Positions 30,862 through 39,971 of a DNA stretch of 64,000 nucleotides are shown here, in pieces. Under the pieces are notes generated by a model. It made no database searches, was not told the DNA's origin, and saw nothing but the letters and a program-made list of their open reading frames with translations. Location of the stretch: assembly GCA_043775845.1 (NCBI GenBank), contig JAYVRY010000069.1, positions 17,568 to 81,567 on the forward strand, given 5' to 3'. This stretch comes from Acidobacteriota bacterium. Lineage in GTDB: Bacteria; Acidobacteriota; Holophagae; Holophagales; Holophagaceae. Within the stretch, counting starts at the first letter, position 1. Every line of letters starts with the position of its first letter. The position numbers and the translations under genes were made by a program.

Positions 30862-31776
30862 ATGCCTGCGTCACACCTCTCGCGCTGGATCGGAGCCCTG
30901 GCCCTCGCCGGCCTCGTCTGGAGCTGCCGCGCTCCCGACACCTCGCTGCCCTTCGACTTGAGACCCAGCACGACTCTGGCGGTGTGGTCCTATCGTGATC
31001 TCACGGGATCTGCCGCGGAGCGTTCGGCCTTCTTCGACTTCGCCACCCATCGGCACATCAGCGAGCTCTACTTGGGCGCCACGGACCTGCTTCCGAACAA
31101 GGCCGAGGCCCTGGCAGCCCTGTTGGAGGAAGCGGGTCGCCGAGGCATCCGGGTCTCCCTGGTGATCGGCCGAGCGGCCTGGACCCGCCCTGAGCAGCGG
31201 GCTGCGGCCCTGGCGTCGGTGCGGGCCGTACACGATTTTGATCTCGCCCAGGCCAAGGTGGGCGGTGCCCGGCTGGCGGCCCTGCAGCTCGATGTGGAAC
31301 CCCACGCACTGCCGGACTGGGGGCGGGATTCGGCCCGCCTGTCGAGCCAGTATCTCGATCTGCTGGAGGCGGCGAAAACCGAACTGGCGGATGGCCCCCC
31401 CTTGCACGCCGCCATTCCCGTGTGGTGGCACGGCCACATGGTGAAGCGTGCAGGCAGGACGCGTCCCCTCAGCGAGTGGGTCATCCAGTTGACGGATGGC
31501 ACCGTCCTCATGGACTACCGGGTCCGGCCCGAGGGCATTCTCGCGGGCGCGGAAGGCCCCCTGGCATCGGCCGATGCCCTGGGCCGCCCGGTGGTGGTGG
31601 GTCTGGCCCTGCATTGCGACAATGATCCGGAGAACGCCGTCACCAGCTTCTGTCGCAAGGGGGAGGGCGCCTTGCGCAAGGCCCTGCGCCAGACAGAAGG
31701 GGATCTCGCCAGGCACCGACAGTTCAAGGGATACGCCCTCTTCACCTATGAAGACTGGCTCATCCTCAGACCCTGA
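30862..31776 (+). CDS. Putative lipoprotein with TIM-barrel glycoside hydrolase-like domain
   Basis: Lipobox-like LVWSC; LQLDVEPH and VLMDYR motifs. Confidence 0.6.
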   Translation: MPASHLSRWIGALALAGLVWSCRAPDTSLPFDLRPSTTLAVWSYRDLTGSAAERSAFFDFATHRHISELYLGATDLLPNKAEALAALLEEAGRRGIRVSLVIGRAAWTRPEQRAAALASVRAVHDFDLAQAKVGGARLAALQLDVEPHALPDWGRDSARLSSQYLDLLEAAKTELADGPPLHAAIPVWWHGHMVKRAGRTRPLSEWVIQLTDGTVLMDYRVRPEGILAGAEGPLASADALGRPVVVGLALHCDNDPENAVTSFCRKGEGALRKALRQTEGDLARHRQFKGYALFTYEDWLILRP

Positions 31777-31791
31777 ATGCGTCTCGTCTTC

Positions 31792-31820
31792 TTGACGGGC
31801 CCGAGCCCCTCCCCCATGCT
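31792..31820 (+). promoter_or_regulatory. Sigma70-type promoter
   Basis: TTGACG-17 nt-CATGCT upstream of the SAM riboswitch. Confidence 0.6.
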
Positions 31821-31848
31821 TGGAGGTTGATCTTTGGCAGTCCAAGAG

Positions 31849-31950
31849 CGTTATCCAGAAAGGTGGAGGGAAAGGCCCTGTGAAACCTTGGCAACCTGCG
31901 AAAGCAAGGTGCCAACTCCTGCCCCCGGCGTGTCCGGGGGGAAGATACCG
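31849..31950 (+). ncRNA. SAM-I (S-box) riboswitch 1
   Basis: TTATCCAGAAAGGTGGAGGGA..GGCCC..TGAAACC..GGCAACC..GGTGCCAA.TCCTG..GAAGATA; upstream of the MTHFR/metH operon. Confidence 0.93.
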
Positions 31951-32018
31951 AAAGTCTCAAGACTGACCTCAATCGATCTGGATGCCGATCAACCGACTGC
32001 TCCTACCTAGGCGCAGCC

Positions 32019-33887
32019 ATGACCCATCCGACTTTCCAGCAGGCCCTCGATGCGGGCGAATGCTTCCTCTTCGACGGCAGCACGGCCACGGCCCTGCATG
32101 ACCGCGGCATCACCCTGCAGCGCAGCTTCGAGGAATGCAACCTCAAGTCGCCCGATCTTCTGCTGGCCATCCATGGCGAATTCCTGGCCGCCGGCGCCCA
32201 GGTGCTCACCACCAACACCTGGGGCGCGGGCCGCCTGAAACTGGCCGCCCGGGGTCTGGATGGCGAGCTGGAGGCCATGAACCGCGCGGGTGTGGACCTG
32301 GCCAAGCGGGCCATCGCCCAGCAGGATTCCCGCGCCTGGGTGGCGGGCTGCATTGGCCCTCTCGGTGTGCGCATCGAACCCTGGGGACCCACCTCCTTCG
32401 ACGAGGCCCGCGCCTTCTTTCGAGAACAGGCCGTGCCGCTCATCGAGGCCGGGGCCGACCTCATCCTGTTGGAAGGTTTCGAAGACCTGAACGAAATCCA
32501 CCAGGCCCTGCTGGCCGTGAAAGAAGCGGGCAACCTGCCCATCGCCTCCCTCATGACCACCAACGAGGAGGGCCAAGCCCTCCTCGGCGCCGAGCCCGAT
32601 TGGTTCATCAAGCAACTGGATGGCTGGGGCGCCGATCTGGTGGGCCTCGTGGGCGGCAACGGCCCCGCGCCGCAGCTGCGCCTGCTGGAGCGGCTCAAGG
32701 CCGTCACCGCCAAACCCATCGTCCTCATGCCCAACCCGGGCCTGCCCCACCTGGTGGATGGCCGCCTCATCTACGGCGCCAGCCCCGAATACCTCGGCGG
32801 TTTCGCCTCCCGGGCCTTGGCGGCGGGCGCGCGGGCCGTGGGCGGCAGCAGCGGCACCACCACCGCCCACATCCGCGCCATGCGCGGCGCCTTCCGCCAG
32901 GAACGCGCCTTCGTGCAGGCGGGCGGCGGCTTCGAACTCAAGCCCCACGAGCAGCCGCAACCCGAAGTGCCCTTCGCCTTCCGCAGCCGCTTCAGCCTCA
33001 AGCTGGCCCAGCATGAATTCATCCATACCGTGGAGCTGGTGCCCCCCAAGGGCATGGAATACGACAAGCTCGTGGCCAAGACGCGCCAGTGCCGGGCCCT
33101 GGGCGTGGATGCCATCAACGTGCCGGACGGCCCCCGCGCCATGGCCCGCATGTCCGCCCTGGCCACGGCGCTCATCATTGAGCAACAGGTGGGGCTCGAA
33201 ACCATCCTCCACTACGCCTGCCGCGACCGGAACCTGCTGGGCATGCAAAGCGACCTACTGGGCGCCGCGGGGTTGGGACTGCGCAATATCCTCGCGGTCA
33301 CCGGTGATCCCCCGAAACTGGGGCCCTACCCCCAGGCCACCGCCGTCTTCGATGTGGATGCCATCGGCCTCGTGAACATGCTCAAGCGCTTGAACACCGG
33401 CCTCGATCTCGGCGGTGCGGGCATCGGCAAGCCCACCTCCTTCAGCGTGGGCGTGGGCGCCAATCCCGTGGCGGCCGACCTGGAACGCGAGAAGACCCGC
33501 TTCCGCTACAAGGTGGAGGCCGGGGCCCAGTGGGCCATCACGCAGCCGGTCTTCGATGCGGAAACCCTCTTCCGGTTCCTGGATTTCACCGAGTCGCTGG
33601 ACGGCAAGGGCGGCCTGCCCATCATCGCGGGCATCTGGCCCCTGAAGAGCCTGCGCAATGCCGAGTTCATGGCCAACGAGGTGCCCGGCGCCTACGTGCC
33701 GGAATCAGTGCTGGCCCGCATGGCCAAGTGGCCCAGCAGCGAAGACCAGCTGAAGGAGGGCCTCGACATCGCCCGGGAAGTCATCGACCTCATCCGCCCC
33801 CGCGTCCGCGGCCTCCAACTCTCGGCTCCCTTCGGCCAGGTCGAACTGGTGGCGCCCCTGCTGCCAAAGCCGGAGGTCCCATGGTGA
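32019..33887 (+). CDS. YitJ-type fusion: homocysteine-methyltransferase-like domain (Zn ligands lost) plus methylenetetrahydrofolate reductase
   Basis: C-half ELVPPKG, INVPD, HYACRDRN, VTGDPP, AITQP; N-half HMT fold with GGSSGT. Confidence 0.88.
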   Translation: MTHPTFQQALDAGECFLFDGSTATALHDRGITLQRSFEECNLKSPDLLLAIHGEFLAAGAQVLTTNTWGAGRLKLAARGLDGELEAMNRAGVDLAKRAIAQQDSRAWVAGCIGPLGVRIEPWGPTSFDEARAFFREQAVPLIEAGADLILLEGFEDLNEIHQALLAVKEAGNLPIASLMTTNEEGQALLGAEPDWFIKQLDGWGADLVGLVGGNGPAPQLRLLERLKAVTAKPIVLMPNPGLPHLVDGRLIYGASPEYLGGFASRALAAGARAVGGSSGTTTAHIRAMRGAFRQERAFVQAGGGFELKPHEQPQPEVPFAFRSRFSLKLAQHEFIHTVELVPPKGMEYDKLVAKTRQCRALGVDAINVPDGPRAMARMSALATALIIEQQVGLETILHYACRDRNLLGMQSDLLGAAGLGLRNILAVTGDPPKLGPYPQATAVFDVDAIGLVNMLKRLNTGLDLGGAGIGKPTSFSVGVGANPVAADLEREKTRFRYKVEAGAQWAITQPVFDAETLFRFLDFTESLDGKGGLPIIAGIWPLKSLRNAEFMANEVPGAYVPESVLARMAKWPSSEDQLKEGLDIAREVIDLIRPRVRGLQLSAPFGQVELVAPLLPKPEVPW

Positions 33888-34165
33888 AGGTCCACTTCCT
33901 CCTGGAGGATCTGCTGGTGGAAGCGCCTCCAGGCACGGCCCTGCAGCGCATCGCCGATGCCGCTGGCGCCGACATCACCTTCGGCTGCCGCACGGGCTCC
34001 TGCGGCACCTGTCGCGTGCGCATCGTCGAAGGCCTGTCGCACTGCAGCGAACCCGGTCCCGAGGAGCGCGATTTCCTGAAGGGCCTCGACGCCCCCGCCG
34101 ATCAGCGCTTGGCCTGCCAGGTGGCCGTCCACGGCGATGTCGTCATTGATTACTTGGGTCTTTAA
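33881..34165 (+). CDS. [2Fe-2S] ferredoxin
   Basis: CRTGSCGTC...RLACQ; GGAGG RBS; overlaps the MTHFR stop. Confidence 0.92.
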   Translation: MVKVHFLLEDLLVEAPPGTALQRIADAAGADITFGCRTGSCGTCRVRIVEGLSHCSEPGPEERDFLKGLDAPADQRLACQVAVHGDVVIDYLGL

Positions 34166-34171
34166 AGTTGA

Positions 34172-34299
34172 AACCGCGAATGGCGCGAATCGCCCTTCGG
34201 GCGCGCGAATAAAAACCAAATCAATGAAGCCTCGATCCTTTCCATCATCACCTTTGTCATTGTGCTTTTCATTCGCGCCCATTCGCGTCATTCGCGGTT
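34172..34299. repeat. REP-like inverted-repeat element built from CGCGAAT units
   Basis: AACCGCGAATGGCGCGAAT..CGCGAATAAAA ... TTTTCATTCGCGCCCATTCGCGTCATTCGCGGTT. Confidence 0.8.
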
Positions 34300-34311
34300 A
34301 AAAGGCTTTCC

Positions 34312-37300
34312 ATGACCACTCTCGACTCCCTGCTCCGCGACAAAGTCCTGCTGCTGGATGGCGGCATGGGCACGCAGATCTTTGCCCGCAAACCCACCAT
34401 GGATGACTACGGCAGTGCGGCCCTGGAGGGCTGCGTGGACCTGCTCACGGAACGGCGCCCTCAGTGGATCCGCGAGATCCACGAAAGCTATTTCAAGGCC
34501 GGCGCCGATGCCGTGGAGACCAACACCTTCGGCGCGAATCCCCTGGTGCTGGGGGATTTCGGGCTCTCCGAGAAGGCCTACAGCCTCAACGTGCAGGCGG
34601 CTTCCATCGCCAAGGAAGTGGCCCGCAGCTTCGACCGCCCCCGTTTCGTCATCGGTTCCGTGGGCCCCGGCACCAAACTCATCACGCTGGGCCATGTGAG
34701 CTACGTGGAGTTGCTCGCGTCCTACCGCGTGCAGATGGATGGCCTGCTGGATGGCGGCGCCGACGCCATCCTCATTGAGACCTGCCAGGATCTCGGCCAG
34801 ATCAAGGTGGCGGTGCGGGCCGCCCGGGAGGCCATGGCCGCGAAGCAGCGGAGGGTGCCGCTCTGGGTGCAGGCCACGGTGGAAACCACAGGCACCCTGC
34901 TGGTGGGCTCCGACATTTCCGCCGTCCTCACCAGCGTGGAACCTCTCGGCATCGATGTCCTGGGCCTCAACTGCGGCACCGGCCCCGATGAAATGCACCA
35001 GCACTTGCAGACCCTTTCCGAGGCCAGCCCCTTCCGCATCAGCTGCCTGCCCAACGCGGGCCTGCCGGAGAACCGCGGCGGCCAGGTGGTCTACCCCCTG
35101 CCACCGGAGCTCTTCGTGCAGAAGGTGCTGCACGCAGCCTCGGAATTCGGCATCGCCATCCTGGGCGGGTGCTGCGGTACCACGCCCGACCACATCCGAG
35201 CCCTGGCCCCCGGCGTGGAGAAGCTCAACCCACCCAAACGCACGCCCAAACTGGAACGCAGCGCCGCCAGCCTCTACCAAAGCGTGACCCTCAGGCAGGA
35301 ACCCGCGCCCCTCATCGTGGGCGAGCGCACCAACGCGAACGGCTCGAAAAAATTCCGCGACCTGCTGGCCGCCGAAGACTGGGACGGCATGATCACCCTG
35401 GCCAAGGAGCAGCAGCGGGAGGGCGCACACCTGCTGGATCTCTGCGTGGCCTACGTGGGCCGCGATGAGGTACGCGATGCCGACGAGCTATTGAGCCGTC
35501 TCATCTCGCAGATCACCCTGCCCCTCATGATCGATAGCACGGAGTTCCCCGTCATCGAGCGGGCCCTGCAGCGCTCGCCGGGGAAATGCGTCATCAACTC
35601 CATCAACTTCGAGGATGGCGAGGCCAAGGCCCGGGCCATTCTCGACCTCTGCAAAACCTACGGCGCCGCCGTGGTGGCCCTCACCATCGATGAGCGCGGC
35701 ATGGCCAAGAGCCGCGAGCAGAAACTGGAAGTGGCCAAGCGCCTCTACACCCTGGCCGTAGGCGAGTACGGCCTCGATCCCGGCGACCTCATCCTCGATC
35801 CACTCACCTTCACACTGGGCAGTGGCGACGAGGAGTTCCGCGGCTCGGCCATCGAGACGCTGGAGGCCCTGAAGCTCATCAAGGCCGAGCTGCCCGGCGT
35901 CATGACGATTCTCGGCGTGAGCAATGTGAGCTTCGGGTTGAACCCCGCCACGCGCCACATCCTCAACGCCCTGATGCTCTACCACGGCGTGAAATTCGGC
36001 CTCGACATGGCCATCTTCAACGCCTCGAAAGTCATCCCCGTGGCCAAGATCGACCCTGACGATCGCAAGATCGTGGAGGATCTCCTCTTCGATCGCCGCG
36101 CCGAAGGCTACGATCCCCTCAAGGCCCTCATGGCCCGCTTCAGCGACCGCAAGGCCGCCGTGGTGGATGATCACCGGGCCGATCTGCCCGTGCTGGAGCG
36201 CCTGCACCACGGCATCCTCGATGGCGAAAAGCAGGCCATCCTCGCCGACGTGGATGAGGCTCTGAAGGATCACGATCCCCTCAAGCTCATCAACGAAGTG
36301 TTGCTCAGCGCCATGAAGGTGGTGGGCGAGCGCTTCGGCGCGGGCGAGATGCAGCTGCCCTTCGTGCTGGAAAGCGCCGAGGCCATGAAGGCCGCCATCA
36401 AGCGCATCGAGCCGCACCTGCCCAAGGAATCCAATTACCAGAAGGGCCGCATCCTCCTGGCCACGGTGAAGGGCGATGTGCACGACATCGGCAAGAATCT
36501 GGTGGACATCATCCTCAGCAACAACGGGTTCGAGGTGAAGAACCTGGGCATCAAGCAACCCATCGAAGCCATTCTCAAAGAGCTGGAGGCCTGGCCCGCC
36601 GAAGCCATCGGCCTCTCGGGCCTGCTGGTGAAGTCCACGGTGATCATGAAGGAGAACCTCCACTTCATGGATTCCCTGGATCTCAAGGTGCCGGTGATCC
36701 TGGGTGGCGCCGCCCTCACCCGCGACTACGTGGAAGGCGATTGCCGCCGTTCCTACGCGGGTTCCGTCTACTACGCCGAGGATGCCTTCGAAGGCCTGCG
36801 GCACATGCAGGCGTTGGTGGCGGGTGCCACGGAGGTTCCAGCGCCTGCTCCAGCCGCTTCTGTGGCTGGAGATATAAAAATCCTTCACCGAGGTGCGGCT
36901 GCGGTTCCCCTCACGGAACACGGGCAAAGCAGCTGGGTGCGCCATGATGCGCCAACGCCGCCCCCCCCCTTCTGGGGAATCCGCGAGTTAGCAGATTCCC
37001 CGGTGGACCTCTTCGAATATCTGGATGAGTTCGCCCTCATCCGCAACCGCTGGGGCTTCAGCCAGGGCGCGCAGAGCGATGAAGCCTTCTCCGCCGTGCT
37101 GCGCGACAAGGCCGAGCCTCAGCTGGCCTACTGGCGGGACCGCCTGGCCAAGGATCCGCTCTTCCAGCCCAAGGCCCGCTACGGCTACTTCCCCGTGCGC
37201 GCCGAGGGTGATTCGCTCCGGGTCTTCGACCCTGCGGACACGACGCGCACCCTCGCCCTGCTCACCCTGCCACGCCAGACTTCAGGTCGTCGGCTCTGCA

Positions 37301-37734
37301 TCTCGGATTTCTTCCGCACAGATGAGACGGATGTGCTGGCCCTCCAACTCGTCACCCTGGGCCAAGCTGCCGCGGACCACGCCGCCAAGCTCTACCGAGA
37401 AGATGGCTATGCGGACTACTTCGCCTTCCACGGCCTGGCCACGGAGCTCACCGAAGCCCACGCGGAACGGCTCCACGCCCGCATCCGCAAGGAGCTGGGC
37501 ATCGCCGCGAAGGACCTGCCGGGCCGCGCCCTCTTCGCCCAGGGCTACCAGGGTTCACGCTATTCCTACGGTTATCCCGCCTGCCCCGATCTCGAAGGCA
37601 ACGGCCCCATCCTCGACCTGCTGCGCGGCGCCGAAATCGGCGTGACCCTCAGCGAGGGCCACCAGATGGATCCCGAATACAGCACCAGCGCCCTGGTGGC
37701 CTGGCATCCACAGGCGAGGTACTTCTCCATCTAG
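34312..37734 (+). CDS. metH: Cobalamin-dependent methionine synthase
   Basis: GLNCGTG and GGCCGT Zn ligands, GERTNANGS pterin domain, GDVHDIG B12 motif, RYSYGYPACPD activation domain. Confidence 0.97.
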   Translation: MTTLDSLLRDKVLLLDGGMGTQIFARKPTMDDYGSAALEGCVDLLTERRPQWIREIHESYFKAGADAVETNTFGANPLVLGDFGLSEKAYSLNVQAASIAKEVARSFDRPRFVIGSVGPGTKLITLGHVSYVELLASYRVQMDGLLDGGADAILIETCQDLGQIKVAVRAAREAMAAKQRRVPLWVQATVETTGTLLVGSDISAVLTSVEPLGIDVLGLNCGTGPDEMHQHLQTLSEASPFRISCLPNAGLPENRGGQVVYPLPPELFVQKVLHAASEFGIAILGGCCGTTPDHIRALAPGVEKLNPPKRTPKLERSAASLYQSVTLRQEPAPLIVGERTNANGSKKFRDLLAAEDWDGMITLAKEQQREGAHLLDLCVAYVGRDEVRDADELLSRLISQITLPLMIDSTEFPVIERALQRSPGKCVINSINFEDGEAKARAILDLCKTYGAAVVALTIDERGMAKSREQKLEVAKRLYTLAVGEYGLDPGDLILDPLTFTLGSGDEEFRGSAIETLEALKLIKAELPGVMTILGVSNVSFGLNPATRHILNALMLYHGVKFGLDMAIFNASKVIPVAKIDPDDRKIVEDLLFDRRAEGYDPLKALMARFSDRKAAVVDDHRADLPVLERLHHGILDGEKQAILADVDEALKDHDPLKLINEVLLSAMKVVGERFGAGEMQLPFVLESAEAMKAAIKRIEPHLPKESNYQKGRILLATVKGDVHDIGKNLVDIILSNNGFEVKNLGIKQPIEAILKELEAWPAEAIGLSGLLVKSTVIMKENLHFMDSLDLKVPVILGGAALTRDYVEGDCRRSYAGSVYYAEDAFEGLRHMQALVAGATEVPAPAPAASVAGDIKILHRGAAAVPLTEHGQSSWVRHDAPTPPPPFWGIRELADSPVDLFEYLDEFALIRNRWGFSQGAQSDEAFSAVLRDKAEPQLAYWRDRLAKDPLFQPKARYGYFPVRAEGDSLRVFDPADTTRTLALLTLPRQTSGRRLCISDFFRTDETDVLALQLVTLGQAAADHAAKLYREDGYADYFAFHGLATELTEAHAERLHARIRKELGIAAKDLPGRALFAQGYQGSRYSYGYPACPDLEGNGPILDLLRGAEIGVTLSEGHQMDPEYSTSALVAWHPQARYFSI

Positions 37735-37806
37735 GAACGACATGGTGTGGCAAGGAAGTGACTCGGCTCTGCTACTGTCGTCCGGAATCCCCAACCCGGA
37801 GGCACC

Positions 37807-38481
37807 ATGAAGCCGACCTTTGCTCTAACCCTGCTCACCCTCGCCGCATCCATGACGGCCGTGGCGCAACAGCCCGCGCCCGCCGCCCAGGCTGCACCTG
37901 CCGCACTCGCAACCCGCCGCGCCCCCAGCCCTGCGGCCCAGGCCGCCACCCAGGTGGCTGGCAAGTGGGCCGAGCCCAAGCCCGGTGCCGGCCCCCGCTA
38001 CCAGGATGGCAAGTGGATCACCGTGGACTACAGCGCCCCCATCCTGCGTGGCCGTGCGGATGTTTTCGGCAAGGGTGCCGAATACGGCAAGGGCGTGACC
38101 AGCGGTGATCCCGTATGGCGCGCGGGCGCCAATCAGACCACTCGCTTCAAAACGGAAGTGCCCCTCCTCATCGGCGGGAAGACCGTCGCTGCGGGCGAGT
38201 ACAGCCTTTTCGTTGATTTGAAGGAAGGGGCCTGGACCCTCATCCTCTCCTCCCAGCCCGCCCTCACGAAGTGGGATCCCGCTGAGAAGAAGGCCACCTG
38301 GGGCGCCACCAACTACGATCCGAAATTCGATGTGGTGCGGGTTCCCATGAAGATGGGCAAGGGACACCTCTCCATGGATCAGCTCACTTTCTCGTTCGTG
38401 AACATGACCCAGCAGGGCGGCACCCTGGCCCTCGCCTGGGACACCCAGGGCGGCAGCGTCGACTTCAAGGTGGCGCAGTAG
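37807..38481 (+). CDS. Secreted DUF2911-like protein
   Basis: Signal peptide; RAPSP, ITVDYSAP..RGR, VWRAGAN, GEYSLF. Confidence 0.8.
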   Translation: MKPTFALTLLTLAASMTAVAQQPAPAAQAAPAALATRRAPSPAAQAATQVAGKWAEPKPGAGPRYQDGKWITVDYSAPILRGRADVFGKGAEYGKGVTSGDPVWRAGANQTTRFKTEVPLLIGGKTVAAGEYSLFVDLKEGAWTLILSSQPALTKWDPAEKKATWGATNYDPKFDVVRVPMKMGKGHLSMDQLTFSFVNMTQQGGTLALAWDTQGGSVDFKVAQ

Positions 38482-38819
38482 AACCTGGCTCCTGCTGGAT
38501 GGGGTGCATTCGGCCACGCCATCCATTGAGGCGCAGCAAACCGTGAGTACTTTGCAGGCCTCCCATCCAGACTCGCCAAGACCGGTTGCGCCCATCGATG
38601 GGTGGTCGCAACCGGTCTTGCGTTACCGGCACGAGTTGCAATCAAGAGAGGCACGCTTCCAGAGCCCAGGCCCTGCAGCCTAGGTGAATTCCCTTGCGTC
38701 AAAGGGACTTCACCTGGGCTGCTGGTTTGAGGTGGGTGAATGATCTGAATCGATTTATTTTATAACTATTTTGATTATGTAAATACATACAAACAATTAA
38801 AATCATTCAAAAATAAGCC

Positions 38820-38848
38820 TTGAAAAAGGACATTTGAATAGTTATCTT
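38820..38848 (+). promoter_or_regulatory. Sigma70-type promoter with AT-rich upstream tract (38740-38820)
   Basis: TTGAAA-17 nt-TATCTT. Confidence 0.6.
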
Positions 38849-38900
38849 TTTGCATGACCTCACGGGGTCATGACACCCAGATCCTTGCCAGTTCCATAGC

Positions 38901-39004
38901 GCGATATCCAGAAAGGTGGAGGGACGGGCCCTGTGAAACCTTGGCAACCTGCGGAAGCAAGGTGCCAATTCCTGCCGACGTTCCTCACCGTCGGATAGAT
39001 GCCG
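38901..39004 (+). ncRNA. SAM-I riboswitch 2
   Basis: ATATCCAGAAAGGTGGAGGGACGGGCCCTGTGAAACCTTGGCAACC..GGTGCCAATTCCTG..AGATG; leads the sulfate assimilation operon. Confidence 0.93.
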
Positions 39005-39026
39005 AGCTGTTCGAACGGACAGACGC

Positions 39027-39063
39027 ACCGAGGGGCCCGAGTTCATCGGGCCCCTCGGTTTTT
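39027..39063 (+). terminator. Riboswitch expression-platform terminator
   Basis: ACCGAGGGGCCCGA-gttca-TCGGGCCCCTCGGT followed by a T run. Confidence 0.88.
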
Positions 39064-39113
39064 GGATCGCGTCGGAACGGCGACATCACCACGCCCTGCT
39101 TCCAGGAACTCCC

Positions 39114-39971
39114 ATGTCTCATCCCCTTGAATCAACCCATTCATCCGGCTTCGTCAGCCTGGTGGGCGCGGGTCCGGGTTCGCCGGACCTGATCACCCTG
39201 CGCGGCCTGCGGGCCCTGCAGCGGGCCGAGGTCATCCTCTACGACGCCCTGCTCGAGCCTGACTTCGCCGACCTCTTCCCCGTGCAGGCCCTGGCCCTTC
39301 CCGCAGGCAAACGCTGCGGTGGCCTGGGCATCACCCAGGAGCGCATCCACGAGCTGCTCATCGAACACGCCACCGCAGGCCGGCGCGTGGTGCGCCTCAA
39401 GGGCGGCGATCCCTTCATCTTTGGCCGCGGCGGAGAAGAGGCCCAAGCCCTCGCCGACGCCGGCATTCCCTTCGAAGTGATCCCCGGTGTCAGCGCCCTC
39501 CAGGGGGCGGCGGCGGCTGCGGGCATCCCCCTCACCCATCGGGGCGTGGCCCGCGAAGTCCGCATCCTCGAAGGCCACCACCTGCTCGAATCGAACACCA
39601 ACTGGTTCGAACTGGCCCGCACCGAAGCGACGCTGGCCATCTTCATGGGCACTCGAACACTCCACGCCGTGGCCCAGCGCCTGCTGGATCACGGAGCCCC
39701 GCCGGATCTGCCTCTCGCCCTGGTGGAAAAGGCCTGCTGCGCGGGACAAACCACCACCCTCTCCACCCTGCGCCTCGCCGCCGAAGGCCATGTGCGCTGT
39801 CGCACCCACGGTCCGGGTTTGGTCTACCTGGGCGCCGCCATCCGCCACCGAGTCCTCTCCCTCCCATCCGATTCCTTCCAGGCCGAAACCCATGACCCTG
39901 CTGCCGCTGTTTCTGGATTTGAAGGGGAAGCCAGTGCTGCTCGTGGGGGGCGGAAGCGTCGCGCAGGCTAA
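39114..39971 (+). CDS. cobA: Uroporphyrinogen-III C-methyltransferase (siroheme synthesis)
   Basis: LVGAGPG..DLITLRG, VRLKGGDPFIFGRGGEE, PGVSA, PLTHR. Confidence 0.92.
   Translation: MSHPLESTHSSGFVSLVGAGPGSPDLITLRGLRALQRAEVILYDALLEPDFADLFPVQALALPAGKRCGGLGITQERIHELLIEHATAGRRVVRLKGGDPFIFGRGGEEAQALADAGIPFEVIPGVSALQGAAAAAGIPLTHRGVAREVRILEGHHLLESNTNWFELARTEATLAIFMGTRTLHAVAQRLLDHGAPPDLPLALVEKACCAGQTTTLSTLRLAAEGHVRCRTHGPGLVYLGAAIRHRVLSLPSDSFQAETHDPAAAVSGFEGEASAARGGRKRRAG

Noticed and set aside
36961-36969. C9 tract in metH as a phase-variation switch
   Set aside because: In frame, encodes Pro in the normal PxPPFWG linker, and lies in a housekeeping enzyme
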